DNA of 64,000 nucleotides from Marsupella aquatica (taxonomy: Eukaryota > Plantae > Marchantiophyta): positions 12,771,375-12,835,374 of the forward strand of contig OZ316897.1 in the NCBI GenBank assembly GCA_973895155.1, given 5' to 3'. Below are positions 1-14,190 of this stretch, piece by piece; position 1 is the first letter of the stretch; each line of letters begins with the position of its first letter. The translations under genes were made by a program, and so were the position numbers. Under the pieces are notes generated by a model, which saw only the letters and a program-made list of their open reading frames with translations, had not been told where the DNA came from and searched no databases.

Positions 1-157
1 CTAGACATACAACTAAAGTTCAAGTCAGATAAAGAGAGGGAATGCCCCAGAGACAGAAGGCTTTTTTCTATCGGTCCCCTTTCATCTCTTACAAAGAATT
101 GTTGAAAGTGAATGGCCGTTACAGTTTCTATAACATTCACCCCTGCAAAAATTCAAT

Positions 158-3100
158 TTACAAAGTGGGGAAAGCCTCAATGACTGGACGAGTATCTTGG
201 GGTGTCAGGATCATCTCGCCGTCCTCTCCCTTTGTCGCAATGGTGATGGTACTATCCTCCCCATAATTAGCATTTTGTGAAATTGTGAGTTGAGGAGGTG
301 GTATCCATTGGTCAGGGACCATCAAAAAGTACGTGGACATAGCCTTGCGAAATCGCTTCTTATACTGCTTTGGTGAAATAACAGTCGGTGGTGCATTCTT
401 TGGGCCTCCCAGAAAACCTGATGCTTTGACCCAAGTCTCCAGGTGCTTGTCCCATGTGTATTGCCTAATAAAATCGATAATTCCGACAACAAGCTCTTTC
501 CGCTCTACGTCCACCCCAACCAGTAGAGAGTAATCCATGACGAAAACCAGCTGTTTTAAACATGCAAAACGAAAATTTAGGTAGTGCACGGCGGACATTG
601 CAAATTCTCACAGGTAACAAGCAATAATAAACTCTAGATAGATAAGTTCTGATAAAAACCGCCTGAAAGACAAACTCCAATCCGAATTAAGAAAGTACAA
701 AACAATGCTAGGTGCGTGTTCTCACCGAAAGAAAATGGGTATCGTTCCATATAGCTCGCTCCAAAAGCCTCTTTGCATTCTTTCCGACGTATATGGGATT
801 GGTAGGCAATTCTTCCACAAGATTTTGATCTAATTTTACTTGACTTTTTCCAGTTTCGGAATCCGCGTCCGCGTTATAACGAGACCGCACAGACCCCTTA
901 AGATCATATACCCGGGTAATGTGTCTGTCGTACAAGAGATTCTCCATAACTAGAACATCCATTTTGGTTTCCTTTCCACCCTTAATCGTTTTCACCTACA
1001 ATCCAAGATCGAAATTAGCCATACTTCGTTAATTTATGACAACCTTTCCATACGACATTGCTTCTAAGGAATTTGCAATCTCAACGGTCAGTACAACTTG
1101 TACGCGGTCACAGTATATTATCAACGGAAGAATTAGATTTGGTGCTGCACAGCTTTCTAGGTACTCACCTCATATACCCCAAAAATTTTCGCAAGACACG
1201 TTGGGTTCCCGTTTATCAAAGCTTCAAATAGATATTTGAAGTACGAGGAAGCAAAGTCCAGAAAAGACGTCAACTCCGTCTTTGTGACTTGTTTGACAAC
1301 AAATCGGTCATCTGCTGTTTTCGCAAAAAATACATTACTCTTTCCACCTTGGGCTCCCCACTTTTTACATCGGCTGAGAGAGCGGATATACTCGGTACTT
1401 CCCATGCAGCATTTCTTCCTCAATGCATCAAACTGCTTCGCAAAGTAGCAAGTCACTTGGAACTTCACCTTTCCTGATGGGGTGTCCTCACAGAAGCTTA
1501 TGGTTTTCTTTACCAACTGGGAAGCTTTCGTCGATATGAGTGGATTTTCAATTTCAGACCCTATTCTCGAATTCAACGCTGTATTGGAGCCAAAGTTCTC
1601 CCTCACTGCACCATCAACTTCTCCACTGGCATCAGGGATCTGTAGTGGATGAGATAAAGCTTGTTCTGAACTCAAGTCCCCTGAATCCCGATCTTGGTCC
1701 TTTTCTTTGGCCTTCTCCTTCTCAGCAAGAAGGTCTGTTACATGAACGTAATGTTCTTCTGTCGAGAGTGCATAGGCGATCATACTAGTTGGCTCTTCAT
1801 CGTACACAGCAACCACAACATCATCGTGCCCTTGAGGAAGAAGTACTCGTCGGGCATTTCCATCTGCATCTAGTTGCGCCGAAGCAGGAATCTTCGATGG
1901 AAGTCCAGGAGGTGGAACCTTTCCGTCAGAGCTGTTAGAAAGAATTGAAGAAGTACGGCTGTAACTCTTGAAAAAGCTCGCAAATGGATCTCCCATCCAT
2001 CCTTCCGTCAGGCCTGTTAATTCTTCTGAGCTGTCCAGCTTTACTGGTGAACTGGGAATGCTTACCTGCCCATCACTGGTGTCACCAGCATCATGAGAAA
2101 CTACATCTTGTGCACCAGCCTCCGCGGGAGGTTGGTCCACAGAGGTTCCTTCTTGGACTGATCCTTGTGACTCTGGATCAAGACATTCCTCATTCGCCTG
2201 CACAGTGTCAACCACCTTCTCTCGAGACTCGTCAACTCCAGGCACATCTACAGAGCCTGCATCTCCTGTCCAAGCCGCATCTAGGGTATCAGAGAGGTCA
2301 GCAAGAAGCGGATAATTGCCTTCTGACAAAGCTCTGCGCGCAGTAATTTCTCCTTCTAAAAATCTGGGAGGACTCGCTCTCGCAGTTGCACTGTCAAGAT
2401 CTTCAACGGAAGCATTGTGTTCGCCTTCAAATGCTCCGGTACTGCCAGCTTCCCCGTTTGTCTCCAACAACGATGTTGAAATTTTCAGGACTGACGTTGC
2501 GTCTACTATCACGGACTTTGAGCCTGAGATACGCCCCTTATGCGGTGTGACGTCCATGCTATCCAATAATTCTTCTACAAGACGTGACTCTTCATCCATC
2601 GGCAGCCTAAAGTCCAGACCGTTTCCATCAGTTAACTCTATTGATGTTGGAACTAAAGGATCAAGACAGTTATTCTCTCTCACACTAGTACGGTCTTGTT
2701 CAATGCCAGTCAATTGCTTCTCAGAGGGCTTTTCTTCTGCAATTGTCTGATCTGATGGGCTTGATCCTAAAAAGCTCCTGGAAGTAGACTCAGGATCACA
2801 GGACATAACGTCTGGACTGGAAGATTCTCTCTCCGCTTCTGAAGCTTCATTCATCTTTACGCTGCCAGGTCCGATATCTAACTCCTTCGCTGATAGCATA
2901 GATGGATCGCCAACAGAACCTGTATTGCGCCTCCGCGTAGGAAGACACTTTGATACCAGATATTCGAGTCGCCAATCCCATTGGAGCGAACTGATGAGAA
3001 GGTCTCTACGCAACCTGTTTAGCTTCAAAATGTCTTGACCTGATCGTGACAGCGCCTCCTGATTTGATAAAATAAGTGTGAGAAAAGGCTCTTGTAACAA

Positions 3101-6100
3101 TGAATCAGGGGATGTTGGCAAGAAAATTTACTATTACTTCTGATCTACATCCACAACATCAGAATGGAGCTACAACTCTCTCATTTCTAAGAACCTCTTT
3201 AAAAATTAATATCGCCTGCAAGGCCTTGATCATCTGCAGGGAGCACAATTCTACCTTACCTCCAACACAGATTTTTCGTTTTGCAACAATGTCTCCAATG
3301 CTACGATCCTCCGTTGTGCATCGAGAGTTGCGCTATTGCCACAGAGGGCCCTTGCACTCTTGATTTTCCCTCCTAATACTAAAAGCTTACTAAAGACCTT
3401 ATCAAAAACGTCGTGTGCCTGTTTGTCGACCTGCACGAAACACATTCCAGTCTTACCAAGGTCACCTCAAATCCTCACCAATCCGCAAACAAATAATGAG
3501 GATAACGGCTAATCATAAACCAATGCACTATATCCCATTACACTGACATATTTATTGCAATAAAACTGATTGTAACTAAACATCTTGCACGGGTGGAAAA
3601 ATACATGCAGAGAAGTGCTCCTAATATTTCATGATACAAAGCAGCACTAGTTACGTCAATTCTTCAGACCGGTGAAAAAGCACACCCAGATAGGTTTTTC
3701 AGTGCGAGTGGAAGTCCTGGAATTAAGATAAATACCTCTTCTTTTTCTTTTTGAAGCCAGCCCTGTTGCTTTGAAAGATTGAATTCCAGCTTAAGAGGAG
3801 GAAGATAAAATGAATGGATAGTGATCTCACTATATCGAAAGCAAGCCACCATAGAGCCAAATCTGCGTAGACGGACAAGCATCATAAATTTCCCCATCGT
3901 AAGAAAATCAGTAACGAAGTCTTATTGGCACCAATACCATCCATGGCACCTATCTGAGTCCCGGGCTGACTAAGTTAAACGGTCTACATAATGAGAGACA
4001 GATATAGAAGCGTTAAGCGTGACGTATTTATACAGAAGCAGACCAACAACCTGCAGATTTATTGCAAACGGATACCCCTTGCTGGAACACCAGAAGGCAG
4101 GATAAATACAAAGGTGCCTACACTAATAGCATATCTTTTTAGTTGCACCCACTGTCGCAGCAAACCTGAAGAGAATGAAAAACTTCCTTCGTTGTTAATT
4201 AATTACTTATGTCATTGTTACAAGAAGGCCTGTATATTCTTACCCGTAAAACCGAAGGCAGTCTCTGTGCAGAGAATGTCCACACGCAGCCAGCCTGGTT
4301 GCTGCTGGGTGTGTTGAGAAACTCAGTTCCAAAAACTTTCCAAACGAAAGTCCCCACGCTGCATCAGACATGATGACCCTTGAGGTGGCAGGAGGAACGC
4401 CATTCTCAAGGGCACACCTAAGGCAACGATGCCACATCCAGATTCTTCCAGATTTTTCTCCCGACAAAGGATTATTGGAGTCCTTGTGGACTGTGATTGT
4501 CAGGCTACCCTGCCGATGAGTGTAGGAAAGCACGTGTTTGTCCCCAGATTCATCACACTGTTCACACGGACGGTTCTGCACATCCACGACGAAATCATGA
4601 GACCAGACTGGAGAGAGCGAGCGACACGGATATTACCTCCTTATGTGTCCAGATGCCGCACTAGCAAGAATCCAGCAGGGCATATCTACATGCTCACCGT
4701 TCTATGAGAAAATTTCCAAAATGCGACAGGACTTCAAACAGGAGAGAAGACTAAGTTCAAGTCAACATCTAACAATGTTATTCACCGCCAAGCACACAGA
4801 AAAATGCTGCCCTTGTCTCCAAACACAATATCAGAAAGGTGAGTCCAAAGTACAAGACAGCCTTAGCAGATTCTGTTAACAATCTGAGTCCATCACGGTG
4901 ATAAACAAAGGCGACGAAGATTACCGTATCAAATATTGTATCTCGCAGGAACATTCCCAGGGGTTTATCACCATTCCCGTAGTATTTTATGCGCAAAAAA
5001 TTTGGCTGTTTGACCGCAGCTCCTTTGGCAAGACAGCGCTTAGAAAACTGAACCAAAATACTTTGACGATCTGATGGCGAAGGGGGGAAATCTTCTTTAC
5101 TTCGCTCCACTTCAGACTGCCGATAATTAGGCTCATTTTGAATCAATACACGTAAATGGGCTTGAACCTGTTCCGGCTCAATGTGATAGTCATGACCAGA
5201 TTCCCGGATAGTCCCTTTGCTTACCATACTAGCAGTTGTAGTCACTATCTGATCGGAATTTGAGGACCCGGATGAACCCCTAACCGTGTTCACTTCTAGA
5301 GCTTTTATCTCAAATGCTAAGCTTCCGTCCCCACGACTTGATGGGGAATCTGAAAGATTGGCCTCCCCATCAAGGTTACCATCCTGTACACCTCTCTTCA
5401 AAGAGACTGACAAACCTGAAACGCCTTGCCAAGATTGCCCACCGGGATAAACTCCATTGCTGGCATGGTGGTAGGTAGTTGTCGACGTTCCTCCTATGGA
5501 TGAGCTTCTTGACATTTCAGAAGGGTATCCAAACGAAGACTGGGCTGGACTTGTTCCTGGCGAATTGGTGGCTGATGACCCACAAGATGATGATGCAGAA
5601 CGCACTCCAGCATTTGTGGTCGTAGAAGCAGTATCCAGATTGCTGAGTGCGGCAGATGCTCCAATACTATTAGCTCTTGATAGAAAAGGGGAAATTGATA
5701 CAGTGGAAGACTGTCCACTCCTGACTTGCTGGCCGTGGTGAGAGTCTGCGATTGCCACACCTGGAACAGCAGATATTGACCTTTCATAAATTGTATGCCT
5801 GTTATGAACTGAAACGTTCGTCGAGTGTCCAGGTAATGTGGCACCCTCATCTTCCAAGAACGAGGTTTCCAATTGTAAGTGATAAGCTGAAAAAACTGCT
5901 AGTTGGACCACTTCTTTCACTTTCTTCAAGAAATCACCATTTGCACCCTTGAGAAGGATCTGAAATGCAAGATACGAGAACACAAGTGTCAATCCTTCAG
6001 AACAAACGTAGAAAAAGAGGACGACATGCAGAAGAGCCAAAAGGGACAAAACCGACATTCATGTCCATTATATGTATACCAAATTAAACTGTAAAACAAC

Positions 6101-9100
6101 CAGCACTTGCACCGACTCAGAAACTTTCCACTACAGAAGAACCAAGAGCATTCTCCTGCGCTCTAAATGGACAATCCAAAAAGCCCAAAACGTAGCATCT
6201 GCATTAAAGATCAACGCACCGTGCATCCTAAAGGTTTGGGACATCCCTCGAAAAACATCAGGAACTTCGTTAATTGCTTGCCTCCGCCAGCACTACCATG
6301 CTCTTCAACAAATCTTTCTACATGAAAAAGGTCGCAGTGCACTGCCTTGGGCGTCACAAGGTTGTCAGGGGATGACACCACTTGGCCACCGACACATCTA
6401 GCAATGCGGTCCAGTAAAGGCCTCTTCACGTTTAAGACGAGCGAAATCTCCTTGTTCAGTAGGATGTCCTGAGCGTAACGGGACACAGATTTCTCCACCA
6501 AAAGAACGTTTGGGTGGTGAGCCTCGATCCTTGCCACTGTCATTTTAAGATGCTCATTTTCCTGTACACAGTCAGTAATACAATGAGAGAGAACTTCTAC
6601 AGTAACAAATTTATTTCCGAAAATAACAATAACGTGTTCAACATGATACTGATGCAAAACGAATCTCCAGATTATGACCTGGGGTTGCCAACGCGGCCCA
6701 TAAAAGTTACACAGATCACACAAGGGAAACCACGCATTTAAAGTAACGTGCGATGAAGATTAGAAACAATCCACGATTGCGATGACTTCTCTTATCGAGG
6801 GCCAATACATAGACCTCGATCTAAGACTGACACCAAAAAACCATTCATATCATCTCCAGCATCAGCAAACAGACTTGCCTGATTTAAAAGTGTGTCTAAT
6901 GAAGATAATTGGTTTGACACTCGCTGGTATTCAAGAGCACCGGCTAACAGCAGCAATCTTGGATTCTTGTAACGAGAAGTCATTCGCTTATGTGCTACAT
7001 TCTTCCGGAAAACGATTCCCTTCACAAGCGCACTGCCCACACAGAGCACATTAGTCCCCCAGGCTTGCTTTGGGGTGCAAAAGTAGCAAAAGTTGACTCA
7101 AATTAACACACTCCATATGCATCCGCGTCCAACATTAATCGGGACTTTACCTTTCACTGGGTCGCCCGGAGGCCACGCATTTGACTTTCACGTATGTACC
7201 CGGATCCATACCGCCTCCGTTACTCGTGTCCGGTTTAACAAGGCTAGCAGCAAGCCAAGAAAGAGAAGTTACAATCTCCAACCAGCTGTCAGGGTTACCT
7301 GGCTCCCCAACCTCAACACCTTTCTGCTGAAGGAGCTGGGCAACAAGGTTCTCAAAGTGCATATGAACTTGTGCCCGCATGGCTTTTTTATGTTCATCGG
7401 ACACTGTTTTTTCCTTCTTGGTGTCCACGCTACCCACGCTACCTGGAGACCTTGGAACAGCCCACCCAGCTCCTCCCTCCTCATCATCATCATCGTATTC
7501 GACAGGAGTTGTTCCCGCATCATCGTCGTCATCGTCATCTTGATCATCTGCAGGAGGAGGAGGGATCCAGATCAAAGGGTTTTTCTCAAAATTCAAAGGG
7601 GGGTTATCCTTCCTTGGAATCTCATCGCCATATGGAAACGCGTTCTCATTCTCCTCCGTGCTTTCAGAACACCCCTTTCCATCGCCGCTCTCCCCTCTTC
7701 TAACACTATCGCTTCCATCATCAGACGGGGGGTTGTGACCAATAGAGCTTTGGGTACTGTATATGCTTGATTCGATCTTCCCTTCGCTGTCCCTAGGGTC
7801 CTGCGCAAGCTCCGAGCTACTCTCATCTTCATAATCCTCCGCTTGATCTTGTAACTCATGCGCTATCGGCAAGCCCTCCTCTTCATCCTCATCCTCCAGT
7901 TGCCTTCCAAATTCATCTTCGTCATCCTCGCTCCTGCACGACGGCCCGACAAATGGTCAAGAACTGCTTCACGCGAACCTTCCAGCCTTCCTAAAAAGCA
8001 TTCTCTCAACTCGTTCAAATCGAGGAGCCCCATGAAAACCCATCCCACCCAGCACCTTGATTCCCACAGATCTAGTCAGCATTCTAATGAAAACAACCAC
8101 AGTAATCTGAGAGGCCGGCAAGCTTCATTTCTTATAACTTTTTCACAAAGATTGGGTGAGGCCTTGTAGATCAACATTTGACTTTCATGTTTTACATCCT
8201 GAGCCTCCAGGGTTACTGCCAATAGTCATAACAAAGGCCAAATCATTTTCCAAAAAATCTCAATTCAAAAGATGGGACGCCAGGTAGAGAAGGCACACCA
8301 GACAAGACATCCCTGCAACCCTCAAATCTGAGACTACTTATCTATAACTAACATTTGCAAACCAGAGCCACCAGGCGATCGGTTGATCAAGCTTGGATTC
8401 AATCCATGGTATTCTACAGGAACAAATGGACGGGAAAATAATGGGAACAAAAGGACCAACAGATTGATTATTGCAATACTGCACAGCTGAATGAATACAG
8501 GTACTACCCGTTCAATTTAGTAGGGTACGGAAATTTGGGATTTCCGGCAACGAATACTTCCAGCAGAGTAAAACACACAGTGCTCCAACGTTGACTAACC
8601 TGTAACGGTCAGGGCTCGGAGGCTGATCCCTTGCCCTACGTGACATACTGCCAAGGACCCTCGAACCACCCTGATCAGTTCTCATTGCGTGCATTTGTTC
8701 TGAAGATTCGTCGAGTTCTTCATCCCACATACAAGGAAGTCGGTCACCGGGTGGTCCACCAGAAACGGCTTGCTGGGGTGAAAGCGGCACGACTGACGCA
8801 CTCGCTCCCAAGGCACTACTATTCACGCTTTGCGCTGATAAAGATGGAGTCAATGTAGTGGGATTCTCTTCGGTCGGTGGGGTACTATCTTGCTCAGTGA
8901 GATGAAGCTTGTAACAGTAGTTACAAACACGGACGCGTTCTCCCTCCTCGTCGGGAGCACCTTCCTCTACTGAGGCAGGAATCGTATTAAGTGAGCACTT
9001 TCCGCAAAACACTTTGCCACAGAGGCGGCAATGATGACGGCGATTGAACAAACCGAACTCAGACTCACAATCGAAGCAAAAACGACAGCTACGGTCGGGC

Positions 9101-9219
9101 ATCCAAAAGTCTCTGGACATATTAGGACTGGAAGCCTGAGCTTCAATTCGTCCTCCTCGTGGGATCCATGAATAGATCCACTCCAAGACGTCACTTGCAG
9201 AATTGGACGATGGTTCCAT
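158..9219 (-). CDS. FAB1: 1-phosphatidylinositol-3-phosphate 5-kinase FAB1/PIKfyve (FYVE-containing, FAB1A/B type). Inferred coding exons: 9219-8600, 7933-7151, 7032-6879, 6561-6220, 5959-4925, 4575-4244, 3862-3736, 3430-3260, 3058-1169, 995-726, 550-158
   Basis: FYVE domain (WMPD..Cxx[13 protein letters not shown]). CCT/Cpn60-like domain ([45 protein letters not shown]). FAB1 Cys-rich region ([34 protein letters not shown]). PIP-kinase domain ([59 protein letters not shown]). The exons join in frame at splice signals. Confidence 0.97.
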
Positions 9220-11060
9220 TAGCCATCAGCCTATCTCGACCTACGCAAGTTCTGATCATCAATTGCCCATCATTTCCGCAACTTAAACTACACCACTGTC
9301 TTTAAGACTTTCCTCGCCTGATTTCCCTCTTCAAGGCAGACGCGAAAAAGCCTACTTAATCTCTCTTTTTACGCATTCAATTCACGGGACATTTGATCTA
9401 AGACCCGGATGTTAAATACAGTTGCCGCTTCAAACCTAGCTCTGGAACTCCAAAGTTCATACAGAAATAAAGGATCACAAATCGAAACGATGTGCTCCTA
9501 CGATGCATAGAGCAGGACTGATACTAAACTCCCGCGGGTATCAAGATGTTGATTCTCCAGTCATCTACCCAATCAGTCGTTCCTAGGAGAATCATGTGAC
9601 TCTGCAGATTCCAATTGTGTAAAGTAGACTGGCTGGCTGCTCTTGGTCTCCGTCCGAACACAAAGATTCTATGGTCTCTTCCCGCGCTTTTGAATCGTGA
9701 AACACTAGCACGGCTTGGATCTGGTCAAGGCAACCTGAAGGAAGCGACAATCCCAGCGACAGGGCAGCAGTTTAAACATGCATGGCGAGATTCTCTACTC
9801 TCTCACCACCGAAACACAATTTCTAGAGATACACAGGACTTCGTGGATTGATATCGATTGCTCAAGTGAGAAAGTTGTAGTAACGGGCCGCTGAGCTATC
9901 ATACCTCTTGGGCATCATCTCTCCACTACCGCGTCCAGGCTCGTCTTCCCTGCTCTTTCATCCGCACTGTCTTCCCTTCACGGCCTGCTCTCACGCTCCC
10001 CCTCTATCCCGATACCCTATCTCTTCAAATACACCGTCTAAGTATCCTGGATGCTGATCCACAACTGAATGAGATGACCTATCATGATCCGTTTCCTCGT
10101 ATTTCTGTCCTCTAAGATTCCCAAGAGCAAGCGTTCTCGCAAGTACCACAACCTGCCCCTAACAACGAGCGACACCCCTCTCGGAAGCTTTCTTACTCGA
10201 CGACCATCCCACGAGGAACCCTAAACTACTATAGTCATTTCCCACATTGAAGCTTCTTCCTCTCCTCTTCCATTTCTTCCACGTCTCCATATCCATTGCT
10301 ACACCATCCGTCATCACCTCAATCATCATCCTCCACCTCCTTCACCCTGTCCCTAAGGCATCCATTCGATCTCCGCAAACACGTCCAACATCACAAATCC
10401 GTCTCCACTTCTTCCTCGTCTCTACCAGCCCCGGCTCAATACCCTGCTGTTCAGCGATGTTATGTATTTACCCACGTCACACGTCATCAATTCCTCGCCC
10501 ACGCCCGCCCCCACGCCCAAATGTCCATAACGGATCCCTTCCCACGCACAATCATCCGAGCCTGAATCCCAAACGATCATCCTGCTCACTAATCAACCAA
10601 CCAATCAACCAACCCAACCGGCCGGCCGGCTTCCCAGCAAGCCAGCCAGCAAACCAACAGCGGAAGCAATCCCACTCACCGATGGGGTCCAGTCGAGCGG
10701 CGTCTGCGGAAGCGACCGATCGATTCCAACGGCAGGGCAGGGCAGGGCAGCGCAAGGAAAGTGAACCACCGCTCCCCCAACGCTCCAGCCAGCATCCAAC
10801 ACGAGCGAACTAAACAACCCACGCAAAGCGATCCACAACTTTCTACGATCAGAGCATACCGCGCATTCGTCCCGTCTTCTCTCCAGTCCTTCGCTCCCGT
10901 CGCACACCGCAAGAAACGCCCGTATCGTTCACAAATTTTCGTCACTGGGGTGCAGAGCTTTCGTTGCTCAGTGTACGCGAACTCACTGTGTGAAGAACAC
11001 GAGAGTGCACGACAAGACGAACGACGCAAGAAGGCCAAAACGCAGCGGCAGAGATGACGA
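9220..11060 (-). other. Probable long 5' leader (UTR exon(s) plus intron) of FAB1
   Basis: CpG-rich, low-complexity gene-proximal sequence directly upstream of the FAB1 ATG, turning into AT-rich intergenic DNA beyond about 11.5 kb. Boundaries approximate. Confidence 0.45.
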
Positions 11061-12019
11061 GCGAAACAACGAGCAATATGAGCATTTCGGTAATCATAAT
11101 TACGATAATCGGCACCTGCACTTAGCACCCATTCCAAGTACTACGCACGTAACTAGCAGTGTCAGCCGTAGTGCCATACAAAGTACCCGATCCGGTTTAC
11201 ACGGTCTGTAGTCTGTACACTGTGAATACCAGCGTTTTTACAGCCCATCACAGAATATTACAGCCGTTCATATTTAAGGCCGTCGATTCTCACGATCGAT
11301 GACGCAATTTTATCCGACCCAAAGTACTGAGTACGGTAATCCAGTACGGTCGTGTTATTTGGGTACGGTAATCCCAGAGTAGACCGGCGGAAAGAACGTC
11401 CTAATCTATCGAATCCGGACCGTTCAGGCTCTAGATGGACGGCCCAGACGAGCAGGCTTTTCTATAGAGAGAACTGCAGTGTTGGATCTTCATAAGTGCA
11501 ATACCTGGCTAATTGCAAGGACTCCGGCTGTTCCCTTTTTCTCCCAGTATAACTTCTAAAAGTGCATAGAGTGTTGTAAATGCACGTGCACTCATGAGTA
11601 AGAGCACAAAATCCTACGTCTCTCATAGATAAATGCATAGCATTTTTATATAGGCAGGAACATAAGGTAGGGATCTACAGGTAACTTCTGGTAACCAGTA
11701 GCTTTTGAAGTGCAGTTGTGGTTGACGACACAACAAAAAGGGATCATTGACGATCCAGGCACTTTAGCACCAATAAAAATCTTCACAGTGTTACTCATTT
11801 GCCAGGCCTGTGACCAAGTTATGTGATCACAATAGGCTCCACTAATATCTAAAATCCACCTAGTTCTAGCAATAGGTTTTGTGATCATTTTTGGGCCCAT
11901 CATTCTAAACTCTAAAAATGTGAGCTTCTCACGTAGGGAAACCCGCGTGCAAAAAACTGCAAGACCCTGACTTCTTCGTGGGGGTGTGCACTTAGTAAGG
12001 TGTAGCCGATACGTATTAT

Positions 12020-12147
12020 TTCCGAGATTTCTGAAACGGTGCCGAAGTGCGGTATCTTGACCGGTACAAGCCATTCCCGAGTTTTTCTGAAACGGTACCG
12101 AAGTGCGCTATCTTGTACATTCTATTCCCGAGTTTTCTGAAACGGTG
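12020..12147. repeat. Three short direct repeats of CCGAGWTTTCTGAAACGGT, ~55 bp spacing
   Basis: ccgagatttctgaaacggtgccgaagtgcg / cccgagtttttctgaaacggtaccgaagtgcg / cccgagttttctgaaacggtgcagaagcg. Confidence 0.75.
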
Positions 12148-14049
12148 CAGAAGCGTGATAGCTTGAACAGAGCAGGGCTACGGGAGTCTCGAGGGGTGAA
12201 GAGGCAGGTCATGGGAACGTCTGTCTGTGGGGCCGAAAGTGTCTGGAGGCCGGAGTGGTGGTCCCGGCCGGACTTTGCTCACGCGGGAAAGAATGCGGTC
12301 CCGTTCGCCTCTTCTCGGCCGCACACCCCACCCCTCTGTCAGAATTCAGTTTGCCGGGAGCCGCATGCTCAATGCAGAGTGGCATGTTGGCGCCACCGAG
12401 AAATCTTCAATTTGGCCCCGTGTTTTATTCTCCTGTTTCTCTTTGTTTCTTAGAACAAAGAAAGGAAGGACCGATACTTTAAAAGGCCAAATAAAACACT
12501 GTACATTGTCCATCATAAACAGCGTTATTCACACTATTTCGAGACCACATTTAGGGCTTTTCTCGTGAATTAGTGTTGGTGGAATAGCGTTATTCACACT
12601 AATTCGACAGCGGATGTTTTTGGGGCTTCACCCGGGAGTTAGTGGTAGTCACACACACACTCTCTTTACCTCTCATTCTGTGCACATGGATTAATGTTAC
12701 TTTGGTCTCAAGCATGGAAAAATAGTGGGAAAAAACCTATCTAGAAAATACACAAGAATTAGTGCTAGTTTGAACTCAAGATCACCCGTTCTTTGTACTT
12801 CACACAAAGATGGGAAAACTATTTTGGAAACCAGCATGACTTAGTGTTATTGTGGACTCAGGAACACTTTAACCACATTAGTGTTAATAACACTAGTAAT
12901 TTGGTAGTAACACTTATTTCATTTTGATTTGTGGGTAGGAGCACTAATGCCTTCTTTTTCTGCCTTACGCTTGACCTAGAGGGTCCAAAATCAGATAGAC
13001 CGGCAGAAAAAAACAATCCAATTAGGATATATGGATAGCAAATGATAGAGAAAAAAAAGGGAATGGAGCACAACATTTCACCTTATGTTTCACCATTAAC
13101 TGAACCACCACTACCCATCCGGGTGATTTGTATACATTGTTTTGAACTCCAATGTATCTTTCCTACATAAATTAACAGTCACACTTTTGGATCTCAGAGT
13201 TGCCTGGTTACCCATTGTGATCCATCCGAGCATTATAATCTTTTAGACTATACTAAACGACACTAACAGAAAATCAGTATGAGTAAACATTAGTTGTGGA
13301 GCTATAAGCTCGTTCTTCCTAAACCTTTTGCTCAAATAATTATGCAGTTTAAGCTCCAAGGGATCTACTGAAACATACGCTTTCAATAAGACAAAATGGA
13401 TTCTAACTTAAGAGATATATAGAAACACTCAAGTTTCATGCAAAGATCACTTGGGGATCCTATTTGGCTTCAAATCTTTGGATCGAGATACCCTCCCAGG
13501 TTATGGCTTATGCATCCTATGTTGTTCCGGTTGCCGTCCCTCCCACAATTCAAATGAAATTAGTTTGAGGACCCCTTGGTTATGTAAGTTTGATATTATT
13601 TAACAACTAAGTTAGAACACATGAAGAGTTGCATATTGGAATAGGTTTAAATATGGAGATGAGAGGAAAAACAAGTAGATTATTCATGGAAGAAGTGCAT
13701 GCACAACCTTCCCTTGGTACTCCCATGTCCATAGGGTCCATGCAGAATGCTATAGAAGCCAAACGGTTTCTTAATTACATTATTCTTTTATCCATGTCAG
13801 GTCCCTCGGTGTTCCTTTTTCCATAGTAATCGAATGGTTTTTAACATTATATTGGTAAATGTTACAGTAGTTGTAAGAGTTTTTCTTCTACCCATGGTTA
13901 TTCCCAAAATGATTGATTAAATATATAACTCATACAATCTATTCGAAAACACTGATATATGAATCCCAACCTATCCCTCGACCCATCCAAACCCCTTTCA
14001 CCCTTTCTTTGTTTATTTGAAACGTTATTTTTCAGTTTTCAATAGTTTT

Positions 14050-14190
14050 TACAATTACAAGGTCTAACGGTTTTTTCTTTGACTTGTTTCAAACACACAG
14101 TCTTGTTTGGTGTTTTTAGCATAATGAACTTTTCTTGTTTGTGATCAATAGTGCTGATGTGGTTGCAAGGGCTTACCATGGGGGTCCATA
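14050..14190 (+). repeat. Dispersed repeat, homologous to ~18079-18245 (degenerate TE fragment)
   Basis: Both loci share ttacaaggtctaac...ttcttgtttgtga...ccatgggggtccataa. Confidence 0.65.

Noticed and set aside
10247-11211. Several overlapping 70-190 aa ORFs upstream of FAB1
   Set aside because: Low-complexity translations of a GC-rich leader/promoter, often with non-ATG starts and no recognisable motifs.
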